DNA from: a virus
Lineage: Duplodnaviria; Caudoviricetes
DNA: 64,000 nt
Virus record (IMG/VR): IMGVR_UViG_3300033074_000711
Coordinates: 91,931 to 155,930 of that record
Reading direction: 5' to 3' (one strand)
Made by a program: the position numbers and the translations under genes. Positions 47,415 to 56,782 of the stretch are shown one piece after another. The stretch's first letter is position 1. The number at the start of each line of letters is the position of its first letter. The notes under the pieces are model-generated. The model saw nothing but the letters and a program-made list of their open reading frames with translations. It made no database searches and had not been told where the DNA came from.

Positions 47415-48221
47415 ATGTCAAATGTACTAAATATATTATATAGAATAAGTGATGCTGGTTATAAAAAAGAAAAACCAGAATATATAAATAATATTAATTG
47501 TTTAAAAAATTTTATTGAAAGTATAGGGTTAAATCCATATGAGAAAATTTATATAAATGTGTTTTTAGATAACTGCTCATATGAAACGAAAAAACTTGTT
47601 ACAGATTTTTTAGAAATTTATGTTTATGAAAATTTTACATGTGATATTTCATATTTAGATAAATATTTTGAATTTCACACACATGACATTAAATGTGGCT
47701 CTAGTGCTAAATCATTTAAACATGTTTTTGATTTTGTATTAAATTATTTAGATGATGATACACATGTTTATTTTGTTGAAAATGATTATTTACATAAATC
47801 AAATTTTCAAGAAATAATATTTGACGCAATAAAAAATTTAAAAGCAAATTACGTAACTTTATACGACCATCCAGATAAATATATTTATGGTGCAAATCCT
47901 GAAGTTAAACAAGATGGTGGTGAAATAACTAAAGTTTACTTAGGTAAAAATTGCCATTTTAAATTAACTAATAGTACGACCATGACATTTGCAACTACAG
48001 TTATTCAGTTAAAAAAAGATTATGATGTTATTAATAAATATATTAGTGAAGATTATCCGCAAGATTATTTAATGTTCAAAGAATTAATAAAAATACATAA
48101 AAGGTCATTATTATCACCTATACCTGGATATTCAACACACGGTGAAACAAAATGGTTATCACCTTTAACAAATTGGCAAAAAATTGGAGAAAAAGATGTC
48201 AAAAAGGAAATGTTGTTTTAA
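47415..48221 (+). CDS. glycosyltransferase (GT-A fold)
   Basis: YFVENDYLH, YDHPDKY, STTMTF, PIPGYSTH. Confidence 0.65.
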   Translation: MSNVLNILYRISDAGYKKEKPEYINNINCLKNFIESIGLNPYEKIYINVFLDNCSYETKKLVTDFLEIYVYENFTCDISYLDKYFEFHTHDIKCGSSAKSFKHVFDFVLNYLDDDTHVYFVENDYLHKSNFQEIIFDAIKNLKANYVTLYDHPDKYIYGANPEVKQDGGEITKVYLGKNCHFKLTNSTTMTFATTVIQLKKDYDVINKYISEDYPQDYLMFKELIKIHKRSLLSPIPGYSTHGETKWLSPLTNWQKIGEKDVKKEMLF

Positions 48222-48516
48222 TTGTGAATTTTTTCCTCATGAAGATTATGATTACGATGTATCTATAAAAGGAAAAAGCAGAGATAATTACTATTGCAAA
48301 AATATTAGAGTATTGCATTCTAAAAAAACAAAAGAAACTCAAATAGAACCAAGTAGAACTGAATTTGATTTTGAAACTGCAGTTTTATGCAATGAGCGAA
48401 ATAAAAATTATGATTGTGATAGATATAAAAGTGCATTAGGTTGTGTGTATGTTTTTTATACATTTGCAATATTTATAATAACAATATTATTCCTTAATTT
48501 TATAGGTTCAATTTAA
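48196..48516 (+). CDS. Cys-rich protein with C-terminal TM helix
   Basis: CFNC...C..RNKNYDC; GGAG RBS. Confidence 0.5.
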   Translation: MSKRKCCFNCEFFPHEDYDYDVSIKGKSRDNYYCKNIRVLHSKKTKETQIEPSRTEFDFETAVLCNERNKNYDCDRYKSALGCVYVFYTFAIFIITILFLNFIGSI

Positions 48517-49332
48517 ATGTTTAAAGTTTCCATTATAATACCCTCTTATAATAGACCTGATGCACTTGATAAGTGTTTAGGGTCTATTTTTTATAAAAAT
48601 GAATTAAAAAACATTGATATTATAGTATATATTGATGGTAATATTGGTTTATTTAGTTCTGTTATGACAAGATATGAGAATAAAGTAAAATTTATAAAAA
48701 ATCAAAAAAATTATGGATTAGCAACAGCAATTAATATATCAGCGTATAAATCTGATAGTGATTTTTTATTAGTTGTTAATGATGATAATGTATTTCCCAT
48801 AAATTTTGATACAAAACTACATAAATTATTATTAGATAATGGTTTAAGTAAAACATGTGTAACAATAAATCAAATTGAAAGAACACGAAGTATATATAAA
48901 AATATTAAAATATATGATTGCGGTGATGTTGATAATTTTAATTTTGATTTATTTAATAACATTAATGAAGGTTATTCTGATGATGGACTATTCGATTATG
49001 GTGGTGGATTGTTTCCGTTTTTAATATCAAAAAAGAATTTTATGATAGTTAATGGCTTTGATATTGCTTATAATAGCCCATATATTATGGACTGGGATTT
49101 TTTTCTAAAGTTGGAATTAAATGATATAAAAATGAGATTAAGTAAATATTTTCATTTATATCATTTTGGTAGTTTGAGTACAAAAAATAATGGAGATAAA
49201 TTTGTAGTAAATGATATGATAATTAAAGAACAAAATGCTATTAAATATTTTAAATACAAATGGAATACAAATCCTGAATTAGGAATAAATAATACAAAAA
49301 TAAATAAATACTTACAAACAAAATATAGGTGA
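48517..49332 (+). CDS. glycosyltransferase family 2
   Basis: VSIIIPSYNR, NYGLATAIN, VNDD, GFD, DWDF. Confidence 0.85.
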   Translation: MFKVSIIIPSYNRPDALDKCLGSIFYKNELKNIDIIVYIDGNIGLFSSVMTRYENKVKFIKNQKNYGLATAINISAYKSDSDFLLVVNDDNVFPINFDTKLHKLLLDNGLSKTCVTINQIERTRSIYKNIKIYDCGDVDNFNFDLFNNINEGYSDDGLFDYGGGLFPFLISKKNFMIVNGFDIAYNSPYIMDWDFFLKLELNDIKMRLSKYFHLYHFGSLSTKNNGDKFVVNDMIIKEQNAIKYFKYKWNTNPELGINNTKINKYLQTKYR

Positions 49333-49336
49333 TAAA

Positions 49337-49606
49337 ATGCCAGAAATATCAAATGAAATGTTAGAATATAGTAAAAAAATTGAACGTTTAGAAAGGGAGT
49401 TAGAATTATTAAAAAAAATTTATAACTTATATGAATTAATTAATAAATCTAATGAAAAACTTTTTGAGCAACAGATGCGTCAAGTAACTTACCCAACTTT
49501 TCCAGTATATCCATTTTATCCTAATCCATTAACGCCAACAGTTACATATACTACTACTACTACAGCAGATGGAACTAATGTTAATTCAGAAATAAATAAA
49601 AAGTAA
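49337..49606 (+). CDS. hypothetical protein
   Basis: Coiled coil plus Pro/Thr-rich tail. Confidence 0.5.
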   Translation: MPEISNEMLEYSKKIERLERELELLKKIYNLYELINKSNEKLFEQQMRQVTYPTFPVYPFYPNPLTPTVTYTTTTTADGTNVNSEINKK

Positions 49607-49662
49607 TACATTTTTTAGTTTTATTTTATATTTATTTATATTATAATATAATAGAGGATTAA

Positions 49663-50103
49663 ATGAAACAGGAAGAAATCAAAAAGTTAATCAAAAGAAC
49701 TGAAGGGGTTCAGAAAATTTTAGAAAACCGATTGAACGAAGTATCAGAAACAGATGATTATAATTTTAGAAATATAAAAAGTATTTTTGAAAAAATAGCA
49801 AAAAAAGTTTATTCTGAAACAAAGATAAAATTAGAAATAACAGATAATGATATTAATAATTTATTAAAAATGGACCCGAGTAAAAGACTAGGTCAAGGTG
49901 TTAAATTAAAACAACCTAACGAAACTGTTAAGTGTCCTAATACTGGTGGTTCAATAACATTTACATATTCCTTTGAGCTTGTTTTTATAAATGGTAAACC
50001 AAATATATTATTTGATTCAAGTATTTCTAAAATGTCTGGAATTTTTGAACATTATATTTCACAAGATGAAACAGTAATGTTAAAGTTTAACGAAAATAGT
50101 TAA
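49663..50103 (+). CDS. long-leader protein
   Basis: MKQEEIKKLIKRTEGVQKILENRLNE; late motif at 49627. Confidence 0.65.
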   Translation: MKQEEIKKLIKRTEGVQKILENRLNEVSETDDYNFRNIKSIFEKIAKKVYSETKIKLEITDNDINNLLKMDPSKRLGQGVKLKQPNETVKCPNTGGSITFTYSFELVFINGKPNILFDSSISKMSGIFEHYISQDETVMLKFNENS

Positions 50104-50115
50104 AATAATTTTAAT

Positions 50116-50150
50116 TAACTATTTACTTTTATAAAATAATTTATTATATT
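50116..50150 (+). promoter_or_regulatory. repeated sigma70-like promoter
   Basis: Followed by tgtaaattaaattaa and agaggttataaaATG. Confidence 0.75.
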
Positions 50151-50186
50151 TATAATGTAAATTAAATTAATTATAGAGGTTATAAA

Positions 50187-50711
50187 ATGAAACAGTATTT
50201 ATCAGTTGATGCAGAAACAGACGGATTGTGGGGCAACCCATTTTCAATAGGTGCGATTTTATATGATGAGAGCGGAACTGAACTTGATAGTTTTTATGGT
50301 TCTTTACCAAAAAGTTTTATTAAAAATGAATGGGTAATTGAAAATGTTTTACCACAATTACCAAATGAATATACACATAGCAGTCTTGATGAGTTGCTAG
50401 AGGATTTTTCAAAATTTTATAATAAATATAACTCAGCAACAACAATATGGCACATGGGTCATGTTGTAGAATCTAATTTATTTAGATTATTAGTTGAAAA
50501 AAAATATATAGGTGAATGGAATGCACCATACACACCGATTGAAGTATCAACTTTATTATTGTTGTTTGGTGAAAATCCATCATCTGTTGATGAATATGTT
50601 AAAAAATATAATTTAAAATTATCAAAAAGTTATTTAACAACACACAATCCATTATATGATTGTGAAGTTACTGCTAAAGTATATTTTGATTTAATTAATA
50701 AAAATAATTAA
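50187..50711 (+). CDS. DEDDh-type 3'-5' exonuclease-like protein
   Basis: SVDAETDG, SIGA, HNPLYDC. Confidence 0.6.
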   Translation: MKQYLSVDAETDGLWGNPFSIGAILYDESGTELDSFYGSLPKSFIKNEWVIENVLPQLPNEYTHSSLDELLEDFSKFYNKYNSATTIWHMGHVVESNLFRLLVEKKYIGEWNAPYTPIEVSTLLLLFGENPSSVDEYVKKYNLKLSKSYLTTHNPLYDCEVTAKVYFDLINKNN

Positions 50712-50717
50712 TAAATA

Positions 50718-50788
50718 ACAACCATCATTTAATTGGATAGGATCTACATTCAGGTGTAGTATAAGAGTTCGAATCTCTTCGGTTGTTA
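50718..50788 (+). tRNA. degenerate tRNA-like element (anticodon loop TTCAGG; identity unclear)
   Basis: Acceptor acaacc/ggttgt, D-loop AATTGGATA, stem ctaca/tgtag, perfect T-arm aagag-TTCGAAT-ctctt; about 3 nt short of canonical. Confidence 0.55.
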
Positions 50789-50816
50789 TTTTAATAAAAA
50801 AAATAAGGAAATAATT

Positions 50817-51152
50817 ATGAAGAGATATGTAGTAAGAGCATTAGAAAATATGCAACAACAAAATCCATTATCTAAATTTATTAAAATTGAAAATGATGAA
50901 AATATTAAAGGTGTTACACCAATTGTGAGTTTTACAATACAATCCGACCCTATACCAGAAGTTGGTATAAATGGCTTACAAGTAGAAGATATGATTCAAT
51001 TTTGTAAAAATTTAGTATATGTGTTAAATGAAACAGTGCCATGTGATGAAAACAAAGAAACTATAGAATATTTAAATAAAGCTGAGCTTTCTCAAATTAA
51101 AAGAAAAACCGATAGACTTAAAAGAAATGTTGAAGGCACGTTAAACAAATAG
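50817..51152 (+). CDS. tad1: Tad1/Acb2-family anti-defence sponge protein
   Basis: IQSDPIPEVGINGLQVEDMI...PCDEN...KRKTDRLKRNVEGT resembles the Tad1 C-terminal half. Confidence 0.65.
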   Translation: MKRYVVRALENMQQQNPLSKFIKIENDENIKGVTPIVSFTIQSDPIPEVGINGLQVEDMIQFCKNLVYVLNETVPCDENKETIEYLNKAELSQIKRKTDRLKRNVEGTLNK

Positions 51153-51163
51153 GTGTTAAGGTA

Positions 51164-51358
51164 ATGCTAACGGAAGAAAAAATAAACGAGTTATTATTAG
51201 CTAATATAGCTGAATTAAAAGAAATGAAAAATAAAGTTAATAAAAACATATATGAGAAAATAAAATTTATAAATATTTCTAATAAAATACAAATATTATT
51301 ATTAATATTAGAAAAAGATATTGTTGAAGAATATAATAAAATTTTAAAAAATGATTGA
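51164..51358 (+). CDS. hypothetical protein
   Basis: AAGGT RBS. Confidence 0.45.
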   Translation: MLTEEKINELLLANIAELKEMKNKVNKNIYEKIKFINISNKIQILLLILEKDIVEEYNKILKND

Positions 51359-51378
51359 TATAGCTTAAGAGGTAAAAT

Positions 51379-51681
51379 ATGTTTATAATATTGTTATCGT
51401 TAATAATATTAACAATAATTATGGGGATTAAAATTTTTATAATATCTAAAAGCGAAATATATGCAAAGCGTAGATATATGCTATATATAAAAAGTATTAA
51501 TATAATATTTTTGTGGCCAATTATATTTTTGTTAGCTGTATTTAAAGATATTTATGATGAAGTGCTAAAACCAACAATTGTTGGTATAATAGACGAGTTT
51601 TCTAAATATGGAAAGTTTTATAAATATTTGCTTTTATTATGGATTATTAATTTATTTTTACTAACTATTTACTTTTTATAA
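51379..51681 (+). CDS. membrane protein
   Basis: Three hydrophobic segments. Confidence 0.55.
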   Translation: MFIILLSLIILTIIMGIKIFIISKSEIYAKRRYMLYIKSINIIFLWPIIFLLAVFKDIYDEVLKPTIVGIIDEFSKYGKFYKYLLLLWIINLFLLTIYFL

Positions 51682-51696
51682 AAAATGTATTATATT
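51662..51696 (+). promoter_or_regulatory. repeated sigma70-like promoter
   Basis: Near-identical to 32291 copy; overlaps end of upstream ORF. Confidence 0.75.
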
Positions 51697-51740
51697 ATAT
51701 ATGTAAATTAAATTAATTATTAAATATAAGAGGTTACAAA

Positions 51741-52058
51741 ATGAAAAGGTCACAAATATTAAAAGCAATGATTAAAAACCACATTATTGAAAAAATATCT
51801 AGATATTGTAACGGTGAGAGTAGATTAACTGTGGTTGAATATGAACCTGACACAAAAGACGTTAGTTTAAGTTTAACATGTTCACGTTATGAATATAGAA
51901 CAGACCGTGATGATTATTTATTATTTATACCATCAAATGATGGTGGTGCATTGAAAGAAACAAAAGAATGGATTAGAGATTTATTAAATGAGAAATTTAA
52001 AGACGCACTTCATGGTGAAGAGTTAGATGAATATTATTCAAAAATATACGGTGAATAA
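51741..52058 (+). CDS. hypothetical early protein
   Basis: Promoter plus AGAGG RBS. Confidence 0.6.
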   Translation: MKRSQILKAMIKNHIIEKISRYCNGESRLTVVEYEPDTKDVSLSLTCSRYEYRTDRDDYLLFIPSNDGGALKETKEWIRDLLNEKFKDALHGEELDEYYSKIYGE

Positions 52059-52059
52059 A

Positions 52060-52353
52060 ATGAATGATATCAAAATAGTAGAAAAGCAAATAGAAGAATT
52101 ATTAGAAAAGTATTTGTTTAATGTTGGTTACATACAGCATGAAATTAAATATAAAAGTAATGATACAATAAGTGAATTATATAATTTTACAATAACGTGT
52201 TATCAAGATGATTATTTTAATATTTCTTATAAATTTATAAAACAAATTGAAAATGATGTATCTAATTTATTGTCACATTTTTATTTAGATGATATTATTA
52301 TTACCGCTTCAAAAATAACAACAGTTGTTATATATATTAAACAGAGAGAATAA
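52060..52353 (+). CDS. hypothetical protein
   Basis: Start adjusted to ATG after upstream stop. Confidence 0.5.
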   Translation: MNDIKIVEKQIEELLEKYLFNVGYIQHEIKYKSNDTISELYNFTITCYQDDYFNISYKFIKQIENDVSNLLSHFYLDDIIITASKITTVVIYIKQRE

Positions 52354-52354
52354 A

Positions 52355-53062
52355 ATGAAAGATATTATAAAATTAAAATATGAAGAAAATGTTACGTACG
52401 CTTATGAGGTTATAAGTAGTGCTGAACAAGTTATTAAATTTATTAAAAAATATATACCAAATATAAAAATATTTAATAATATATCTAATAAAAATACTAA
52501 GAATATAATATCAACTTATTCTTTTAATGAAAAAACATGCGAAACAAAATTAAAAAGCTTTTTTATAGAATGTGCGTTTAATCATATGTTATCAAGACGA
52601 TTTAGTGTTGGTGAATATATAATAATAAAAGTTTATTCTGAAATAAAAAAATATAAAATTGAAACTTATGATAAAAATGAAATATTTTTAAAATATCCAA
52701 AATTTATTAGAACTAATAATTATACTGAGATTAAAGAATATAATCCATACGCTTTTTTATATACTGGTAATAATGCATCAGATTTTTCAAAAAATGTAAC
52801 AGATTATATAAAAAATTCAGATTCATATAAATTTTTAACAGAATTAAAAATTTATGAAGGTAATCAAGACATAAATTTAGTTACTGATACTACTTTTAGT
52901 TTTGATGAATCTAAACGGTTGTATATAGAATTTTCTCATTATAAAGAAACAGACACTATTATATTAAAACCAAATACATATCTAGTTATAGGTAAATCAC
53001 CATTTCATAATTATATAGAAAAATTAACTAAACAAAAAATAAAAAAATTATACGGTGTTTAA
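52355..53062 (+). CDS. hypothetical protein (weak tandem similarity to 60004..60294 family)
   Basis: VGEYIIIK and AFLYTGNN...KPNTYLVIG. Confidence 0.5.
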   Translation: MKDIIKLKYEENVTYAYEVISSAEQVIKFIKKYIPNIKIFNNISNKNTKNIISTYSFNEKTCETKLKSFFIECAFNHMLSRRFSVGEYIIIKVYSEIKKYKIETYDKNEIFLKYPKFIRTNNYTEIKEYNPYAFLYTGNNASDFSKNVTDYIKNSDSYKFLTELKIYEGNQDINLVTDTTFSFDESKRLYIEFSHYKETDTIILKPNTYLVIGKSPFHNYIEKLTKQKIKKLYGV

Positions 53063-53068
53063 ATATAT

Positions 53069-53299
53069 TTGAAATATATTAAAAAAATTATAAAAGATTA
53101 TTTTAGAAATAACAAAGTATATTGTAAAACATGTGTGTATTATTATTTAGATTCACAGACTAATGAAAAAAAGTGTTGGCATGAAAATAATCTACTTGAC
53201 ACACCATTTGAACAAGTTAATCAACTAATTGAAAAAGTTAATAAAAATAACAATTGTTCATTATTTAAAAAAAATATTTATGAAAACTTTATTAAATAG
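53069..53299 (+). CDS. Cys-rich small protein, paralogue of 57817..58029
   Basis: KVYCK.C.Y...DTP.E...IEKVNKNNNC.L. Confidence 0.6.
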   Translation: MKYIKKIIKDYFRNNKVYCKTCVYYYLDSQTNEKKCWHENNLLDTPFEQVNQLIEKVNKNNNCSLFKKNIYENFIK

Positions 53300-53323
53300 A
53301 ATTAACAAATTATAGAGGTTAAT

Positions 53324-53746
53324 TTGAAAGCAAAATATAATATCGGAGATTGTGTAATTTTTAATGAAATAAATGTTAATAAATGGAAATATGATACTTT
53401 TACAGGAATTATTGAAGATATTATTATTGATGAAGATTCTAATAATAAATTTTCTTATGTTATTAGCTATAATGATACTTATAGTTCGTTTATTAAAGAA
53501 GATAAAATTATTAAAAAAATAATGATGAAAAAAAAACAAATAATAGATGAAATTATTGATAATATACAAGGTCGCACCGAAAGACAAGAATTATGTTCAA
53601 TTACGTGTTTATATTATAATATATCAAGAACATTACCGGTGTGCGCATTATTTGATAAAGATTTAAAGGAAGAAGAAAATCAAAATATTCATTTTAGATT
53701 GAGTAAATGTTTAGTATTAAAACCTTGTCAAAAATTAAATAAATAA
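53324..53746 (+). CDS. two-module protein (SH3-like plus Cys4 module)
   Basis: N-half like 55462 N-half; C-half like 57240. Confidence 0.55.
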   Translation: MKAKYNIGDCVIFNEINVNKWKYDTFTGIIEDIIIDEDSNNKFSYVISYNDTYSSFIKEDKIIKKIMMKKKQIIDEIIDNIQGRTERQELCSITCLYYNISRTLPVCALFDKDLKEEENQNIHFRLSKCLVLKPCQKLNK

Positions 53747-53762
53747 TAATAGGAGTAAAGTA

Positions 53763-54464
53763 ATGGAAGAATTAAAAAAACAAGAAGAAGAGAACAGTTA
53801 TTTAGACAGTCTTTTAGAAAAAAAAGAATATGACTTAGCATTAGACTGGGTATGTCTGGATTTAATATCTATAAAAAATAAACTTTTTAATTTTAATGTA
53901 AATGATAATTTTAGTGATATTGTTAATGATGTTACTAAGACTATTAATTTAATTAACCATAGCGTTAGAATTAAACATAAAATTAGCGAAAAGATTCAAC
54001 AAAAATATTTTATTAAAAATAGACCTATGTATTTTGTTAAAGAATGTATGAAATTAGTAGATAACATGAATCAAGAAGAAAAAGCAGAATTAGTGACAAA
54101 AATATTTAAAGATGTTGTAACAAAAACACAAAACGATAACAAAAGAAATGATAAAATATACGCAGATACAAAAATGACAGAAAATACATATAATATGTTA
54201 CAAATAGCAAAAAAATTAAAACAAGAGATTAGTTCAATTATAGATATACATGTTGCTGATGAAGAATCTATTGAAATAAAATTTCCATTTATAATAAATA
54301 ATAAAAATGATTTCATTGATAAAACAAAACAAATAGAAAAAATATCACAAGAATATGGTTATTGGTGCCATAAATGGGATGATGTTAATTTATTAACAAC
54401 ATATAAAATATATTTTCGTAAAATAACGGAAGAAGAATTAAAATTAAAAAACAATGAGAGTTAA
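53763..54464 (+). CDS. hypothetical protein sharing a module with 55462..55911
   Basis: YLD.LL...Y.LA...VC.DL...SVRIKH.I.EKI. Confidence 0.6.
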   Translation: MEELKKQEEENSYLDSLLEKKEYDLALDWVCLDLISIKNKLFNFNVNDNFSDIVNDVTKTINLINHSVRIKHKISEKIQQKYFIKNRPMYFVKECMKLVDNMNQEEKAELVTKIFKDVVTKTQNDNKRNDKIYADTKMTENTYNMLQIAKKLKQEISSIIDIHVADEESIEIKFPFIINNKNDFIDKTKQIEKISQEYGYWCHKWDDVNLLTTYKIYFRKITEEELKLKNNES

Positions 54465-54466
54465 AA

Positions 54467-54724
54467 ATGGAAAATAATGTGGTTAAAAAACAAGATTGGC
54501 AATCATTTCGTAACACTGGATTAGTAGTCATTATCAATCAAATACTTCACATTTTCGGGTGGTCAATAGTATTTGATATTAAAGATGATAAAATATTGGA
54601 TGTTTATCCAGCAAGAGTTAAATTTAGAGGTTTTAGAGAAGATGCTCAACAAAGAGCATATACAAAAATAAGTAGGTATATGTTAGAAAATGCATATATT
54701 CTTAATAAAGAAATACAAGAATAA
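54467..54724 (+). CDS. hypothetical protein
   Basis: FRNTGL..INQILHIFGW...YPARVKFRGF. Confidence 0.6.
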   Translation: MENNVVKKQDWQSFRNTGLVVIINQILHIFGWSIVFDIKDDKILDVYPARVKFRGFREDAQQRAYTKISRYMLENAYILNKEIQE

Positions 54725-54730
54725 TTAAAA

Positions 54731-55078
54731 ATGATTGAAAACAAAAAATTAGAATGGCATGTTATTAATCGTGGTTATTATTTATTACATAGGTTGTTTT
54801 TAAAAACTGATAAGAAAAAATATCCAAATTATGATAATTTGATATTTTTAGCAGAAGTTGAAGAATTTACTAATTATCATGATAATAAAAAACCAAATTG
54901 TTTTAAAATAAATAAAATAATATGCGATTGGTTTTTGGAGTTAAATGAAACAACAATACATTTAGATTATAATTTTGGTAACTATTATGATTCATTATTA
55001 GAATGTGAAAAAGTAATAAATAATAGATTACTAAAATTTTCAAATACGCTTGTAGAATTATTAAATAATACTAAGTAA
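54731..55078 (+). CDS. hypothetical protein
   Basis: Operonic ORF. Confidence 0.5.
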   Translation: MIENKKLEWHVINRGYYLLHRLFLKTDKKKYPNYDNLIFLAEVEEFTNYHDNKKPNCFKINKIICDWFLELNETTIHLDYNFGNYYDSLLECEKVINNRLLKFSNTLVELLNNTK

Positions 55079-55101
55079 TAAAATTATAACAGGTTATAAT
55101 A

Positions 55102-55392
55102 ATGAATATAGAAAAGAAAAGAACAAATATTCTAACAATTAACTATTTTGATAATATTGAAATAGACTTATCAAAATTATGTCTTATAGATTTATATCTA
55201 TTAAATATGCATATGGTTTATGCTCATATAAAAAAATTAAAAGAAGAAAATATGTGTGATTTTGAAGAAATAATTAAAGATAAATCTAATTTTAAAAATA
55301 AGGAACTTAATGTAGTTATTGATAGAATTAATGAAGAATTAAATTTTAGATATATATTTGATATAAATAATAATTATGAATATCTTAATTAA
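55102..55392 (+). CDS. hypothetical protein
   Basis: AGGT RBS. Confidence 0.5.
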   Translation: MNIEKKRTNILTINYFDNIEIDLSKLCLIDLYLLNMHMVYAHIKKLKEENMCDFEEIIKDKSNFKNKELNVVIDRINEELNFRYIFDINNNYEYLN

Positions 55393-55424
55393 CTATTTAC
55401 TTTTTATAAAAAATTTATTATATT
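55390..55424 (+). promoter_or_regulatory. repeated sigma70-like promoter
   Basis: taactatttactttt...tatatt. Confidence 0.75.
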
Positions 55425-55461
55425 TGTATTATAAATTAAATTAAATACGAGATGATATAAA

Positions 55462-55911
55462 ATGCAAAAATATAAAATAAATGATAAAGTTGAATTTATA
55501 TATTATGATTTAATAACAAAAAAGAATCATAATGTAATTGGAATAATAATCAATGTTGAATCAGAACCATATGGAAATTTGGGATATCAATATTCTATAT
55601 ATATTCCTGATTATGAAACTAGTATAGATGTTTTTGAATTTGATATAATTAAAAAAATTAATATTAACACATATTTAGATAAGCTTTTAGATGCGGGTCA
55701 TTATGAACTTGCAATAGAAAATGTATGTATTGATTTGGTTATGTTAAAGAAAAATTTACAAAACAAATTGACAGAATATAATAGTGAAATAATAAATGAT
55801 GTTATAAAAGTAATTAATGAAATTAATTATAGTGTTAGAATAAAACATAATATTGGCGAGAAAATAATAGAAAAACATAGTATAAAGACAAATAATCAGG
55901 AGTTAAAATGA
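55462..55911 (+). CDS. two-module protein (SH3-like plus helical module)
   Basis: KYKINDKV...G.I; C-half like 53763 N-half. Confidence 0.6.
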   Translation: MQKYKINDKVEFIYYDLITKKNHNVIGIIINVESEPYGNLGYQYSIYIPDYETSIDVFEFDIIKKININTYLDKLLDAGHYELAIENVCIDLVMLKKNLQNKLTEYNSEIINDVIKVINEINYSVRIKHNIGEKIIEKHSIKTNNQELK

Positions 55912-56150
55912 AAACAGAAATAATAAATCCAGAACAATTGTTAACCTTAATCAAAACACCAGTTGTTGATAGAAGGTTCTCAGAATGCTGTAGTGATATT
56001 CAAAGTAATGGAGTCATACATATATGCAACTTTGAAGATGATATGGATGATTTTTGTTTTTTATTTGGTGAGGATTTAGAAATGACGGAATTAGGATATA
56101 GGCATGAAAGATACCAAAAGTGTTTAGATAATTTTAAAGTAAAGGTGTAG
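55908..56150 (+). CDS. Cys4 small protein
   Basis: C.LFGEDL...RYQKCL as in 57240 and 53324. Confidence 0.55.
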   Translation: MKTEIINPEQLLTLIKTPVVDRRFSECCSDIQSNGVIHICNFEDDMDDFCFLFGEDLEMTELGYRHERYQKCLDNFKVKV

Positions 56151-56153
56151 TAA

Positions 56154-56387
56154 ATGACAATACAAAATAGTTACAAACGATGTGGTAATTGTGGTGATTT
56201 TTTAGATAATAATGATAATTATTTTATTGGTGAGATAACAGAGGAAATGATAAATAATGATAAGGTAGAACTTAGTATATGCGAATCTTATAGCGATGTT
56301 ATATTAAAAGAAATGATAGAAAGTGAAAGAAGACTAAATCAGGAGCAAGAGTATTGGGATAATTTTTTTATAGAAAATTTTAGGTAA
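56154..56387 (+). CDS. hypothetical protein
   Basis: CGNCG. Confidence 0.5.
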   Translation: MTIQNSYKRCGNCGDFLDNNDNYFIGEITEEMINNDKVELSICESYSDVILKEMIESERRLNQEQEYWDNFFIENFR

Positions 56388-56393
56388 AAAAAA

Positions 56394-56780
56394 ATGCTAA
56401 AACAAATTGAAAATCTAACAGAAGAAGAAATAATAGAAATAGTAAAATGTTCTACAGGATTTGATTCTATTAATTCTATAGTACTTGACCCATTTAGCAA
56501 AATTAATCGTGATAAAGTTATTAAAATAAGTTATAGTTTTATTGAGAGCAGTGATAAAGCTTTTAAAGAAATACGTGGTGATGTTAGTATATGTTATTTT
56601 AATGAAGATAATTTATCTAATAATAAAAACGATGCTGATTATTTATGTGATGTTTATTTTGAAATTTTATGGGATTATAGCATTGTTTTATTGGTTAATG
56701 ATGGTTCAGATGGTAATATTCCAGTAAACGTTTTAAAAACAGCAGAGTATATAAATAACAATTTAAAAATAAAGGAATAA
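56394..56780 (+). CDS. hypothetical protein
   Basis: AGGT RBS. Confidence 0.5.
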   Translation: MLKQIENLTEEEIIEIVKCSTGFDSINSIVLDPFSKINRDKVIKISYSFIESSDKAFKEIRGDVSICYFNEDNLSNNKNDADYLCDVYFEILWDYSIVLLVNDGSDGNIPVNVLKTAEYINNNLKIKE

Positions 56781-56782
56781 CG

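Noticed and set aside
6560-55424. CRISPR array or IS ends from the TAACTATTTACTTTT repeats
   Set aside because: Dispersed, same orientation, with -35/-10 geometry; no regular spacers or transposase
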